DNA of 64,000 bases. It comes from Candidatus Yanofskybacteria bacterium. Its GTDB lineage: Bacteria; Patescibacteriota; Minisyncoccia; 2-02-FULL-40-12; IGHO2-12-FULL-4. The DNA is taken from contig JACPNK010000002.1 of NCBI GenBank assembly GCA_016185525.1, forward strand, positions 11,616 to 75,615. Direction: 5' to 3'. This document shows, piece by piece, positions 38,253 through 48,032 of the stretch (position 1 is its first letter; each line of letters begins with the position of its first letter). A program made the translations under genes and the position numbers. Under the pieces are notes generated by a model. That model was not told where the DNA came from. It did no database searches and worked only from the letters and a program-made list of their open reading frames with translations.

Positions 38253-39562
38253 TGCGCAAAATTGAAAAAATAGTTTTTTATCTTTTCATTTTCTGCATAC
38301 CTTTCCAAACCAGAGTTATTTTGTGGAAGCTTTCGCCTAAGGGTGATTTTAACGAATGGACCTCGGTTTTTATTTATGGCACAGATTTACTTATATTACT
38401 ATTATTTTTGTTCTGGTCTTTAAAAAAATTTCCTTCTTTGGTAAAACCTGATTTTGCAGATTTTTCTTTGATTTTTTTTGTTGCAATTTCCGGATTTTCT
38501 GTTTTGGCTGCCGGTAATAAGAGCTTAAGCTTATATAACTTTTTAAAGATTTTGGAATTTTTGTTTCTTTTTTATTATTTTCGTTTTGCTTTAAAAAGTT
38601 TATTAAAACCGGCTCATGTTTTAATTTTAGTCATAGCTTCCGGACTTTTTCAGTCTGTTTTGGCCATTGCCCAATCTTTTTTTCAGCACAGCCTTGGCTT
38701 AAAAATGTTAGGCGAATCTATTTTAAAGACTAATTTTAACGGTGTGGCTGTGGTGCTTTTTGGGGACGAGAAGTTTTTAAGGGCTTACGGCACACTGCCC
38801 CACCCCAATATTCTTGCGGCTTGGCTGTTTGTGGCTATTTTTGCTTTTTATTTTTGGTATTTATACGAAAAAAAAGACCGTCCGTTATGGACAGTGTTTT
38901 TAATCTATGTCTCCACTCTTTTGGCCTTTCTTTTGACTTTTTCCAGAGTAATTATCGGCTTATGGGTTGTCGGCTTGGCCATAAAGCTGGCCTTCGTTTC
39001 TTTAAAAAGAAAAAGTTATCCCATCAGTTCTATTTTTAAAAAGCGCGTGTTTTTTTTAGCCGCGGTTTCCTGTCTGGTTGTTCTGGTGTTTTCTTTTTTG
39101 CTTTGGCCTCAAGTGAGTTCAAGAATAAGTTTATCGGAGAAAGATCTGGCGGTATCGGAAAGGATTTTCTATAATAAGCTGGCTGGCGCTGAAGCTGTCT
39201 CAAAACCGATTTTGGGCTTGGGGACAGGCCAGTTTGTCCGGCATATGCTGGCTAGCTTTAACTTTGACAAGAACTATCTTTACCAGCCGGTGCACAACAT
39301 ATATCTTTTAATTGCCGCTGAAACAGGATTTTTTGGCCTTGCCGCTTTTTTGGCTTTTGTTTTCTTTTTGATACGGCACTATACCAAGAAGACTAAACTT
39401 AAAATGCTCTATCAGCTTTCTTTTCTAATTTTTTTTTCCTCAATTCTGGTTATAGGGTTGTTTGACCATTTTCTTTGGACAATTCAGCAAGGCCAGATCA
39501 TGCTTTGGCTGGCTCTGGGTCTAATGGCAGAAACGGGAAAAGATTGGCATAAAACAAGCTGA
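38252..39562 (+). CDS. O-antigen ligase family protein
   Basis: RAYGTLPHPN, TFSR, GLGTGQF and PVHNIYL..AETG motifs. Confidence 0.88.
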   Translation: MRKIEKIVFYLFIFCIPFQTRVILWKLSPKGDFNEWTSVFIYGTDLLILLLFLFWSLKKFPSLVKPDFADFSLIFFVAISGFSVLAAGNKSLSLYNFLKILEFLFLFYYFRFALKSLLKPAHVLILVIASGLFQSVLAIAQSFFQHSLGLKMLGESILKTNFNGVAVVLFGDEKFLRAYGTLPHPNILAAWLFVAIFAFYFWYLYEKKDRPLWTVFLIYVSTLLAFLLTFSRVIIGLWVVGLAIKLAFVSLKRKSYPISSIFKKRVFFLAAVSCLVVLVFSFLLWPQVSSRISLSEKDLAVSERIFYNKLAGAEAVSKPILGLGTGQFVRHMLASFNFDKNYLYQPVHNIYLLIAAETGFFGLAAFLAFVFFLIRHYTKKTKLKMLYQLSFLIFFSSILVIGLFDHFLWTIQQGQIMLWLALGLMAETGKDWHKTS

Positions 39563-39570
39563 TCAAAATT

Positions 39571-40251
39571 ATGGAAAGTTTTCTAATTTTTATACAAGAC
39601 AACGCCCCTTATCTGATTTCTTATAAATATCTCTTTTTGTTTTTGGGCGGGCTTATTGAAGGGATGAATGTTCTTGTCTTGGCTGGTTTTATCGCTTCAA
39701 GCGGACAGGTCAATCTCTGGGTTATTTTGCCTATTTTAATTTTTGCCCATTTTTTAAACGGCTGCGGCTGGTATCTTGTCGGGTATTTTGGCGGAGCGAA
39801 AGCTTTGGACAAGTGGGGCCACAAAAATAAATTAGGCCATCAGATTATTAACAGGATCGAAGAGTACTTTGAAAAATATAGCGGTCGTGCGATTATGTTT
39901 GCTAAGTTTACTTTCAGTTTGGAAATTGCGACTATGATTTTATCCGGTTCATTAAAATACAACTTAAAAAAGTTTTTTAAATATAACCTTTACGGTTCGG
40001 TGGGATGGGTGTTTGTTACCGTTTTTATTGGTTATTTTTTTGCTGAAAGTTTCAAGATTTTCTTTTCTTTTGTTAAAGACTTTACCCTTTTCCTTATTTT
40101 TCTTGCTCTGGCAATCGTCTTAATTTATGTAATAAAAATTTTGCTTAAAAGATACTTTGTCCGCTATCTTATTGTTCAGCAAAAAATTAGGGAATGGACT
40201 GAAAAGTTACGCGACGGCCTGAACGGCATTTTGACGGAAGAAGATGAGTAG
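39571..40251 (+). CDS. DedA family membrane protein
   Basis: EG...LAGF, YLVGYFGG, F.KY.GRAI..AKF pattern. Confidence 0.85.
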   Translation: MESFLIFIQDNAPYLISYKYLFLFLGGLIEGMNVLVLAGFIASSGQVNLWVILPILIFAHFLNGCGWYLVGYFGGAKALDKWGHKNKLGHQIINRIEEYFEKYSGRAIMFAKFTFSLEIATMILSGSLKYNLKKFFKYNLYGSVGWVFVTVFIGYFFAESFKIFFSFVKDFTLFLIFLALAIVLIYVIKILLKRYFVRYLIVQQKIREWTEKLRDGLNGILTEEDE

Positions 40252-40320
40252 GCAAGGGCTTTCTGATTGTGGATAACTACTAGAATTTTTGGTGAGTTCT
40301 GGTATAATAAACTTAAAGTT

Positions 40321-41478
40321 ATGAAAAGTCTCAAAAGCCTTTGTTTTTATGGTTTTTTGGCACTAGCTCTATTAGCGCCTTCTTCTGTTGGCGCGGTAGA
40401 GGGTGGCCGCTACTTGGTAAAGTCTAACAGCCAGTTTTGGAAAAATGCCTTTAATGCAAGGCATGAATTTAAAGACGGTTTTACGGCTGATTTGAATGAC
40501 TGGCAAATTCGTTTTGGCAAGCTTTTGGGGGTGTCGGTTGAGCCTGTGCCGGTTTTGCAAATTTTACCCGAGGAGGTCACTCGTATTGTCCCCAGTGATC
40601 AGACTCCATGGGGTGTGGAGTATGTCTACAAAGACCCTCTCATATTGAAAACCTCCGGAGGGGAAGGTGTCAAGGTTGCCGTTTTAGATACTGGCGTTAC
40701 AGTCGGACACCCTGATCTTAAAAATAGAATTGTTGGATGTAAGGATTTTACGAATATGCGTTTTCCGGTAGTTGACGGCAAGTGTGAAGATAAGAACGGC
40801 CATGGCACTCACGTGGCGGGAATTGTTGCGGCTGACGGAGGAGTTGATGGTTTGGGTATCTTTGGTGTGGCTCCACAGTCGTCTCTTTATGTGTTTAAAG
40901 TTTGCGGTTTGAACGGTTCTTGCTATGCCGATGATATTGCTTCGGCTATTAACACCGCGGCTGATAGTGGAGCCAACATAATCAACTTGAGTCTAGGTTC
41001 GGATAAAGAGTCCTCGCTTATAAGTGAGTCTATAAATTACGCAACCTCAAAAGGTGTTTTAACCGTCGCTGCTGGCGGCAATGACGGACCCTATTTTGCA
41101 AGTATTGATTATCCGGCGGCTAAGAAAGAAATTCTAGGAGTTGGGGCTTTTGGTGTGAATTTGGCGATTCCGGATTGGAGTTCAAGGGGTATTAACTCCC
41201 AGACCCTGTCTTATGTGGTTGAAGAAAAAGATATGGAATTTGCCGCGCCAGGCGTCAACATTGAATCCACTTGGAAGAATGGCGGCTATGCCATTCTTTC
41301 CGGTACATCTATGGCCTCGCCTTTTGTTGCCGGTTTAGCGGCAAAATACTGGCCGCTCTTTGCTTTAGAAACTAGTCCGGCAGATTCTCTGCGTAATTTT
41401 TTGCATCTTAACTCGCTTGACTTAGACGGACTTGGAGACGACGACTCTACCGGTTTTGGTTTTCCAAGAGTGCAATAG
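40321..41478 (+). CDS. subtilisin-like S8 serine peptidase, exported
   Basis: VLDTG, HGTHVAG and GTSMASP catalytic motifs; signal peptide. Confidence 0.95.
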   Translation: MKSLKSLCFYGFLALALLAPSSVGAVEGGRYLVKSNSQFWKNAFNARHEFKDGFTADLNDWQIRFGKLLGVSVEPVPVLQILPEEVTRIVPSDQTPWGVEYVYKDPLILKTSGGEGVKVAVLDTGVTVGHPDLKNRIVGCKDFTNMRFPVVDGKCEDKNGHGTHVAGIVAADGGVDGLGIFGVAPQSSLYVFKVCGLNGSCYADDIASAINTAADSGANIINLSLGSDKESSLISESINYATSKGVLTVAAGGNDGPYFASIDYPAAKKEILGVGAFGVNLAIPDWSSRGINSQTLSYVVEEKDMEFAAPGVNIESTWKNGGYAILSGTSMASPFVAGLAAKYWPLFALETSPADSLRNFLHLNSLDLDGLGDDDSTGFGFPRVQ

Positions 41479-41485
41479 TCAACAA

Positions 41486-41675
41486 TAATAAAATTAGAGG
41501 TAGTGTCTCTGAGGGCAGTAAAAGTTGCGAGGGGCATGGTTTGTCAACGACCCCTCCCCAGTTTTTCAAAGTAAAACTGGGGAGGGGCTCTTGACAAGAC
41601 GAGCAACTTTTTCTGATGAAGAATCCTCGCTGGGGATTCTGAAGTCCCGAAGAGATGCTACCTCTAATTTTATTA
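41486..41675. repeat. branched hairpin element E5 (subtype A)
   Basis: 25-bp terminal stem TAATAAAATTAGAGGTAGTGTCTCT/AGAGATGCTACCTCTAATTTTATTA; core shared with E2 and E7. Confidence 0.9.
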
Positions 41676-41689
41676 AAGTGATTCGGAAT

Positions 41690-42349
41690 ATGGTAAACAG
41701 AGTTATCAAAAAATTAGTTTTATCTGATTTTTTATTGAACTCCGCCTTTGGCCTTTTAGCGCCGATTTTTGCTATTTTTATTTTGAGAAATATAGAAGGC
41801 AGTACTTTGAGAGTAGTCGGTCTGGCCACGACTTTTTACTGGATTGCCAGAACCTTAACGACTGTTCCATTGTCAAGGTTTATGGACAGAACCGATGGCG
41901 AGCGCGATGAATTTTATTTTATTGTTGTCGGCTCGTTTATGATGTCCTCTATCCCGCTGTTCTTTTTACTGGCAAAAGTTCCTTGGCATATTTATCTCAT
42001 ACAATTTATCTCCGGGTTGTCGGCCTCAATGGCTGTGCCTTCCTGGCGTATTTTATTTACGGACCATCTGGACAAAGGGTCTACCGGCTACGAATGGTCT
42101 CTGGAAGATATAGCCATCGGAGTTTCGGTGGGCATCAGCGCTTATCTGGGGTCTTTGCTGGCGGATAAGTTCGGCTTTCATACAGTTTTTATATTTGTTT
42201 CTATGTTGGGTTATTTAGGCACGATGATTTTAATTCCCATCTCTCGTGATGCTAAAAATCTGGCTCAAATAAAAAAAGAACATCGTCTGGGGGCCATAAG
42301 GCTTAAACGAAAAAAAATATTGCCCCGCAAAGTTGATGGCATAAAATAA
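41690..42349 (+). CDS. half-size (about 6 TM) MFS transporter
   Basis: SRFMDR and LADKFG MFS-like motifs; 219 aa. Confidence 0.8.
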   Translation: MVNRVIKKLVLSDFLLNSAFGLLAPIFAIFILRNIEGSTLRVVGLATTFYWIARTLTTVPLSRFMDRTDGERDEFYFIVVGSFMMSSIPLFFLLAKVPWHIYLIQFISGLSASMAVPSWRILFTDHLDKGSTGYEWSLEDIAIGVSVGISAYLGSLLADKFGFHTVFIFVSMLGYLGTMILIPISRDAKNLAQIKKEHRLGAIRLKRKKILPRKVDGIK

Positions 42350-42362
42350 ACTGTAGGACAAT

Positions 42363-44408
42363 ATGCGAAGTAAGATTATAATCGCACTGCTTCTTGTTGG
42401 GGTTTCTTTTTTGGTAATGTTAAACTTGCCGGAAATATTAGAACAAATAAGCTTTAATTTTAATCTAGGTAAAGCGGAAGATTTAGAAATTGTTGGTACT
42501 GTGCAAGACTTAGGAAAATGGGTTGATGCAAGGCAGCAGGGATCTTATTACGCTAACTATAACTCTTTAATTAGAGACGATTCTGGAAGGATGCACTTAA
42601 CTTATTGTTCTTCAGGAGAGCTATTTAATCCTTTATATGCACCTGATTGGAGACCGACAACGACGTATGCAACAGACAAAGTGCGATATCAATATTCTGA
42701 CGATAACGGCAAAACATGGTCGGGTGCGCAGATAATCATTCAACCGTTCAGGGAAAATAATAAAGATAACCTGTATCAGGGGGCGTGCACTAGCAGTTTA
42801 ATTTATTATAAAGGATTTTATTATTTATATTTTGAATCTTCCAGTCCTCCTTCTGGGATTCTTGCTGTTCATGTAGCGCGCTCTTCAAATCCTGCCGGTC
42901 CTTACGAAGTCCTAACTTATGATGGTTGGAAACAGATTCCAACTAATTCAATTTGGAAACCTGTGCTTAACCCGGCAATACGAAGTGTACCCGGGGCAGA
43001 GGAATGGCTAAGAACCCACGAGAACAATGGCGTTTGGAGCAACTATTGGGGTGCTGGGATTCCAAGGGTAACACAGAAAGATGGAAAACTATATCTTTTT
43101 TTTGTGGATACAACCAATTGGATTATCTGGGCAGATTCCAGTGGAATACATGAATACGGCAGAGCTCCAAAGGACATGATTCCTTATACTCTGGTTGCAG
43201 TCAGCGAGGACCCAACTCGTTTTGAAAATATTTATGATAATAGATTAGTCAATGCAAGCGGAAATGAAATCTGGAACACGATAAATCCAAAATATTTCCC
43301 TGATGAAAATAAGTTTTATAATTTCTATTTGAAAAATGTAGATGGGCAGAATAAAATTGCATACAGAACTTCTGTCAATGGAATTGTTTGGAGCGCTGAA
43401 ATTGCCAAAACAGACGCAATTTCCGGGAACCTTAACCCAAATGAAGGAGATCCATCGCAAGCAGATAATATAATCCAATTATTCCACCACTTGGTTTTGC
43501 TTTCAGACAAAGAAGGAAAAGGAAAACTTTCAGACTTATATATGACATACCAAAAAGACCATCTTTTTGATAATGGTCCTGTTGGTTGGCAGGATACCCC
43601 TGACTATAAATGGTACTATGGGGGTGTGGATATTTATGGACTTAAAATGAATTTACAAGTTAGCTCAACTTCAATTTTAATTGTTACGACCACTTTGTCT
43701 CCTCCGACTACCACAACAATCACTACAACTGTTGCGCCAACAACTATCACCACGGCCGTTCCTACAACTGCAACAATTCTGTCTACGACCACAACTACGA
43801 CTATTGTTCCAACCACTACTACAACTTTGATTTCTACAACCATCACAACACAAACGCCGTCAACTACCATAACGACCAAGTCTCCGACCACAACTATCAC
43901 GACAATCTTACCGGTATCTCCCACTCTTATTCGCGCCTCTGGCGACACAAAAGTCTATAAAATTATTTCCAACAAAAAACTCTGGATACCAACGGCCGAG
44001 TCTTTTGTTTCTCAAGGATTAAAATGGCAGGATATTCAAAATTCAAGCAAAATGTTAGTTACAAGCTATGTTCGACTTAAACTCGCCAGAGCAGTGGGAG
44101 ACGTTAAGAGATATTATTTGACGGAATCTGGATTGAAACGTTATATTCCCAATGATGAAGTGTTTTTGTCTTATGGTAATAGGAATGAGGATATTGTTGA
44201 AATAACACAGCAAGAGCTTAACTCGTATCCAAACAACGACTTAATAAAAACAGAAGGAGATGAAAAAGTCTACAAACTGGAAAATGGACAAAAAAGATGG
44301 ATAAAAACAGCCGGAGCTTTTAATAGACTTGGATTTGACTGGTCTAAAATTGCCCCGGTTAACCAAACAGAAATTAACAGTTACCTAACCGGAAGTGTTA
44401 TAGAATGA
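42363..44408 (+). CDS. secreted beta-propeller glycoside-hydrolase-like protein with Thr-rich linker and C-terminal repeats
   Basis: Asp-box YSDDNGKTWS; VARSSNPAGPY; long Thr/Pro tract; three LI(R/K)..GD.KVY-type repeats. Confidence 0.7.
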   Translation: MRSKIIIALLLVGVSFLVMLNLPEILEQISFNFNLGKAEDLEIVGTVQDLGKWVDARQQGSYYANYNSLIRDDSGRMHLTYCSSGELFNPLYAPDWRPTTTYATDKVRYQYSDDNGKTWSGAQIIIQPFRENNKDNLYQGACTSSLIYYKGFYYLYFESSSPPSGILAVHVARSSNPAGPYEVLTYDGWKQIPTNSIWKPVLNPAIRSVPGAEEWLRTHENNGVWSNYWGAGIPRVTQKDGKLYLFFVDTTNWIIWADSSGIHEYGRAPKDMIPYTLVAVSEDPTRFENIYDNRLVNASGNEIWNTINPKYFPDENKFYNFYLKNVDGQNKIAYRTSVNGIVWSAEIAKTDAISGNLNPNEGDPSQADNIIQLFHHLVLLSDKEGKGKLSDLYMTYQKDHLFDNGPVGWQDTPDYKWYYGGVDIYGLKMNLQVSSTSILIVTTTLSPPTTTTITTTVAPTTITTAVPTTATILSTTTTTTIVPTTTTTLISTTITTQTPSTTITTKSPTTTITTILPVSPTLIRASGDTKVYKIISNKKLWIPTAESFVSQGLKWQDIQNSSKMLVTSYVRLKLARAVGDVKRYYLTESGLKRYIPNDEVFLSYGNRNEDIVEITQQELNSYPNNDLIKTEGDEKVYKLENGQKRWIKTAGAFNRLGFDWSKIAPVNQTEINSYLTGSVIE

Positions 44409-44420
44409 TTTTTTTACACC

Positions 44421-46148
44421 ATGAACTCTGATCTCTCTAAAATTTTAAATGAGCTGGCGGTTCTGCTGGATATTAAGGGTGTGGAATTTAAACCTCGGGC
44501 TTACGAGAAAGTCGCCTATATTATTGAGTCTTTAGCCGAAGAAGTTGACGAGATTTACAAAAAAGGCGGACTTAAGGCTCTGGAGGAAATTCCCGGAGTA
44601 GGCAGGGGTATTGCCGAAAAAATTGAGGAGTTTATAAAAACAGGAAAAATTCACGAACTGGAAAAACTAAAAACCGAGTTTCCTGTTGACATAAACGGCC
44701 TTAAAAAAGTGGAAGGGCTTGGCCCTAAGACAATCAAAAGACTTTACAACGAACTGGGCATTAAAGATTTAGGCTCCTTAAAAAAGGCGGCCGAAGCCGG
44801 CAAGCTTAAAAAATTGGAAGGCTTGGGCGAAAAGTCAGAGCAAAAAATTTTGAAAAGCATCAGTTTTTTGGAGCAATTCCGTGGCCGTTTTTCAATTGCC
44901 GCTGCCTTACCGCTTTCCCGAAGAATCGTGGAAAGATTGCGTTCTTTGCCGGAAGTTAAAAAAGCCGAGTTCGCCGGCTCAATTGCAAGAATGCAGGAAA
45001 CTGTCGGCGACTTGGATATTTTAGTGATTTCAGACAAGCCATCAAAAGTGATGGATTTTTTTGTGAAAATGCCGGAAGTGCAAGAGGTAACCGCTAAAGG
45101 CGACACCAAAACTTCAGTGCGTTTGAAAGTTGGCATGGATGCTGATTTGCGGGTTGTGGCGCCGGAATCTTTCGGCGCCGCTCTGCAGTATTTTATCGGC
45201 GATAAATACCACAATATAGCTGTCCGTGAGATTGCCGTTAAGAAAGGCTACAAACTTAACGAGTATGGCTTATTTGAAGAATCAGGAATTAAGAATCATG
45301 AATTAAGGGTGGCGGGCGAGACAGAAGAAGAAATCTACAAAACCCTCGGAATGCAATGGATGCCGTCGGAGATGAGAACTGACCACGGCGAAATTGAGGC
45401 GGCCCTTCAAAATAAATTGCCAGACTTGGTCGGTTATGAAGATTTGAAAGGCGACCTTCAAGTTCAGACCGACTGGACTGACGGCGACAACTCAATAAGA
45501 GAGATGGCAGAAGCGGCAAAAAAGCAGGGACTGGAATATATCTGTATTACGGACCATACCGCCGCTTTGGCTATGACCGGTGGCAATGATGAAAAGAGAC
45601 TCTTAAAACAAATGGCCGAGATTGATAAAGTTCAAAAAGAAGTTTCCGGAATTAAGATATTGAAAGGAGCTGAAGTTGATATTCACAAAGACGGCACTTT
45701 AGATATTGACGATGAAACTTTGGCAAAACTGGATGTGGTCGGCATTTCTGTCCACTCAAGATTTAAAATGACCGAAAAAGAGATGACCAAAAGAATTGTC
45801 AGAGCCATGGAAAATCCCAATGCAGATATCTTGTTTCATCCGACTGGCCGTCTGGTGCAAAAAAGAGAAGCTTATAAAATTGATATGGCGGAAATTATTA
45901 AAACCGCCAAAAAAACCGGAACCATACTTGAGGCCAATGCCTATCCGGAACGTCTGGACTTGAAAGACGAGTATATTAGGCAGGCGTTAGAATCAGGTGT
46001 TAAAATTTCTATTGACTCCGATGCTCACTCAACAAGCCATTTTCAATTTTTAGAGTACGGCATCGGCCAAGCCCGCCGCGGCTGGGCAGAGAAGAAAGAT
46101 GTGATAAATACAAGAAACTGGGAAGAGATGCTGGGGTTATTGAAATAA
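44421..46148 (+). CDS. polX: DNA polymerase X with PHP domain
   Basis: HhH GVGRG, GS.AR..TVGDLD, LNEYGL, ITDH, HPTGR and DSDAH motifs. Confidence 0.95.
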   Translation: MNSDLSKILNELAVLLDIKGVEFKPRAYEKVAYIIESLAEEVDEIYKKGGLKALEEIPGVGRGIAEKIEEFIKTGKIHELEKLKTEFPVDINGLKKVEGLGPKTIKRLYNELGIKDLGSLKKAAEAGKLKKLEGLGEKSEQKILKSISFLEQFRGRFSIAAALPLSRRIVERLRSLPEVKKAEFAGSIARMQETVGDLDILVISDKPSKVMDFFVKMPEVQEVTAKGDTKTSVRLKVGMDADLRVVAPESFGAALQYFIGDKYHNIAVREIAVKKGYKLNEYGLFEESGIKNHELRVAGETEEEIYKTLGMQWMPSEMRTDHGEIEAALQNKLPDLVGYEDLKGDLQVQTDWTDGDNSIREMAEAAKKQGLEYICITDHTAALAMTGGNDEKRLLKQMAEIDKVQKEVSGIKILKGAEVDIHKDGTLDIDDETLAKLDVVGISVHSRFKMTEKEMTKRIVRAMENPNADILFHPTGRLVQKREAYKIDMAEIIKTAKKTGTILEANAYPERLDLKDEYIRQALESGVKISIDSDAHSTSHFQFLEYGIGQARRGWAEKKDVINTRNWEEMLGLLK

Positions 46149-46192
46149 AAAAGCCGTAAGCGGTGACTGCTTACGGACGGGAAAAAACTGTC

Positions 46193-46522
46193 TTATTTAC
46201 CCAGTTCTTCAAAATTTACCCAGTAGCCAGAGATTACTGAACTGGGATATTGTTTGGCTATTGTTATTGCGGTTACTTTCAAGAAAGGATGTTCTTTCTT
46301 AAATTTTGCGAGAACTTTTCCGAAGTAATGTTCATCAACAATTTCAACAGTGAAGAAATACACGTTTGAACCAAAATTTGTCGGTTCAACGTATTCCACC
46401 GTTTTTTTGACTGATTACGGTACTGGTACTGGCGACCAGGCTAACCAGATCAACGAGAAGAGCGAAATACTTACGGCCAGACACAGCAGGAACTCTAAAA
46501 GACCTATTCCTTTTTCTTTCAT
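46193..46522 (-). pseudogene. pilin-like small gene interrupted by an in-frame TAA (46415-46417)
   Basis: ATG 46522 reads MKEKG/IGLLEFLLCLAVSISLFSLIWLAWSPVPVP*SVKKT, in frame with track ORF 46193..46399. Confidence 0.6.
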
Positions 46523-46578
46523 TTAACTCTCTTTTTATTTCAATTTACTAAAAACCATTATAATTCATTAAAAATCTT

Positions 46579-46839
46579 TTGTCAACAAGGACCAAATTTC
46601 AGGAGAAAATATATAAAGTCGTTTCTAAAATTCCAAAAGGGGAGACCTTAACATACAAACAAGTTGCGGAATTAGCCGGACACCCAAAAGCTTATCGAGC
46701 AGTCGGTAACATTTTAAATAAAAACCCGGATTTAGAAAAAATCCCTTGCCATAGAGTTGTTCGTTCTGACGGCAAAACGGGTGGCTATATACTAGGAGAA
46801 AAGAAAAAGTTAGAATTATTAAGAGGAGAATTGTTATAG
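46579..46839 (+). CDS. MGMT family methylated-DNA--protein-cysteine methyltransferase (single domain)
   Basis: IPKGE..TY, RAVG, IPCHRVV and KLELL motifs. Confidence 0.9.
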   Translation: MSTRTKFQEKIYKVVSKIPKGETLTYKQVAELAGHPKAYRAVGNILNKNPDLEKIPCHRVVRSDGKTGGYILGEKKKLELLRGELL

Positions 46840-46909
46840 GTTGTAAGTTATAAGTTTTAAGCAAGAAATTACAAAAGAAAGTTATTACTTATAACCTGTA
46901 ACTTATAAC
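46833..46909. repeat. inverted heptamer arrays
   Basis: GTTATAGGTTGTAAGTTATAAGT / ACTTATAACCTGTAACTTATAAC. Confidence 0.75.
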
Positions 46910-46911
46910 TT

Positions 46912-48003
46912 ATGACAAAGATTTTGCTTGTCGGCGGAGGTTCTGGCGGTCATGTATATCCTTTGATTGCTGTTGCCGAAGCTCTGCAAAAAAAAATTAA
47001 AGATAGTGATACGGAGATAATATTGCTTGGTGAAGGCAAGTTTTTTGACGAAGCAGTCAAAGACAGCGATTTTAAATATAAAAAAATAATTGCCGGCAAA
47101 CTGCGGAGATATTTAAGTTTAGAAAGTTTTTTGGATCTGTTCAAAATGATAGCCGGTTTTTTCCAATCCTTTTGGTATATTTTCTGGCTTATGCCCGATG
47201 TGGTTTTTGCCAAAGGCGGCTATGCTTCTTTTTTTCCAGCCTTGTGGGCCAAGTTTTTTTTAATCCCTATCTATGTTCACGATTCTGACTCGGTTCCGGG
47301 AATGACTAACCGCCTTATCGGCAAGCTAGCCAAAAAAGTTTTTGTTTCTTTTGAGTCGGCTAAAAATTACTTTTCTCCGGGGAAGGTTGAGTTAGTCGGC
47401 AACCCTATTCGTTCAGGACTTCTGAACGGCAATAAAGAAGAGGCGTTTACTTTTTTTAATCTTTCATCTTTGTTGCCGACCGTTGTAATTTTGGGCGGCA
47501 GTCAGGGCGCTAAAAAAATAAATGAGGCTGTTTTGGCGGCAATTTTCCAACTTACCCGGGATTTTCAAGTTGTCCATCAGTGCGGGGATATTAATTTTAA
47601 AGAAGTTAGCGGTTTGGTTGGAGAGATTAATTCAGAGCAGGTAAAAAACAGATACAGGCTTTATCCATTTTTTAAGGACAAAGAACTTGCTTTGGCCTAT
47701 GCTCTGGGTGATGTCTTTGTCTCTCGCGCCAGCGCCGGCGGTATTTTTGAAATTTCGGCTTTGGGTAAGCCGGCGATTTTTGTGCCGATCAAAAACTCTG
47801 CCCAAAATCACCAGCATTTGAATGCTCTTGAGATTGTTAAACACGGCGGAATTCTGATAGAGGAAGAAAACTTAATTCCCAGCGTCTTTATAAACGAAAT
47901 TAAAGAGGCTTACCAGAAAAGAGAAGAACTGGGGGTAAAAATAAAATCTTTTGCCAGACTTGATGCGGCAGAAAAAATCGCGGAGGGAATACTGTTATTT
48001 TAA
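46912..48003 (+). CDS. murG: UDP-GlcNAc--lipid I N-acetylglucosamine transferase
   Basis: GGGSGGHVYP, KGGYAS, GNPIR, GGSQGA and HQ..NA motifs. Confidence 0.96.
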   Translation: MTKILLVGGGSGGHVYPLIAVAEALQKKIKDSDTEIILLGEGKFFDEAVKDSDFKYKKIIAGKLRRYLSLESFLDLFKMIAGFFQSFWYIFWLMPDVVFAKGGYASFFPALWAKFFLIPIYVHDSDSVPGMTNRLIGKLAKKVFVSFESAKNYFSPGKVELVGNPIRSGLLNGNKEEAFTFFNLSSLLPTVVILGGSQGAKKINEAVLAAIFQLTRDFQVVHQCGDINFKEVSGLVGEINSEQVKNRYRLYPFFKDKELALAYALGDVFVSRASAGGIFEISALGKPAIFVPIKNSAQNHQHLNALEIVKHGGILIEEENLIPSVFINEIKEAYQKREELGVKIKSFARLDAAEKIAEGILLF

Positions 48004-48032
48004 CAGGAGAACCGAGATGTAGTTGAAGCTTT

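Noticed and set aside
43634-43948. Val-rich antisense ORF
   Set aside because: Shadow of the Thr-rich linker codons on the + strand
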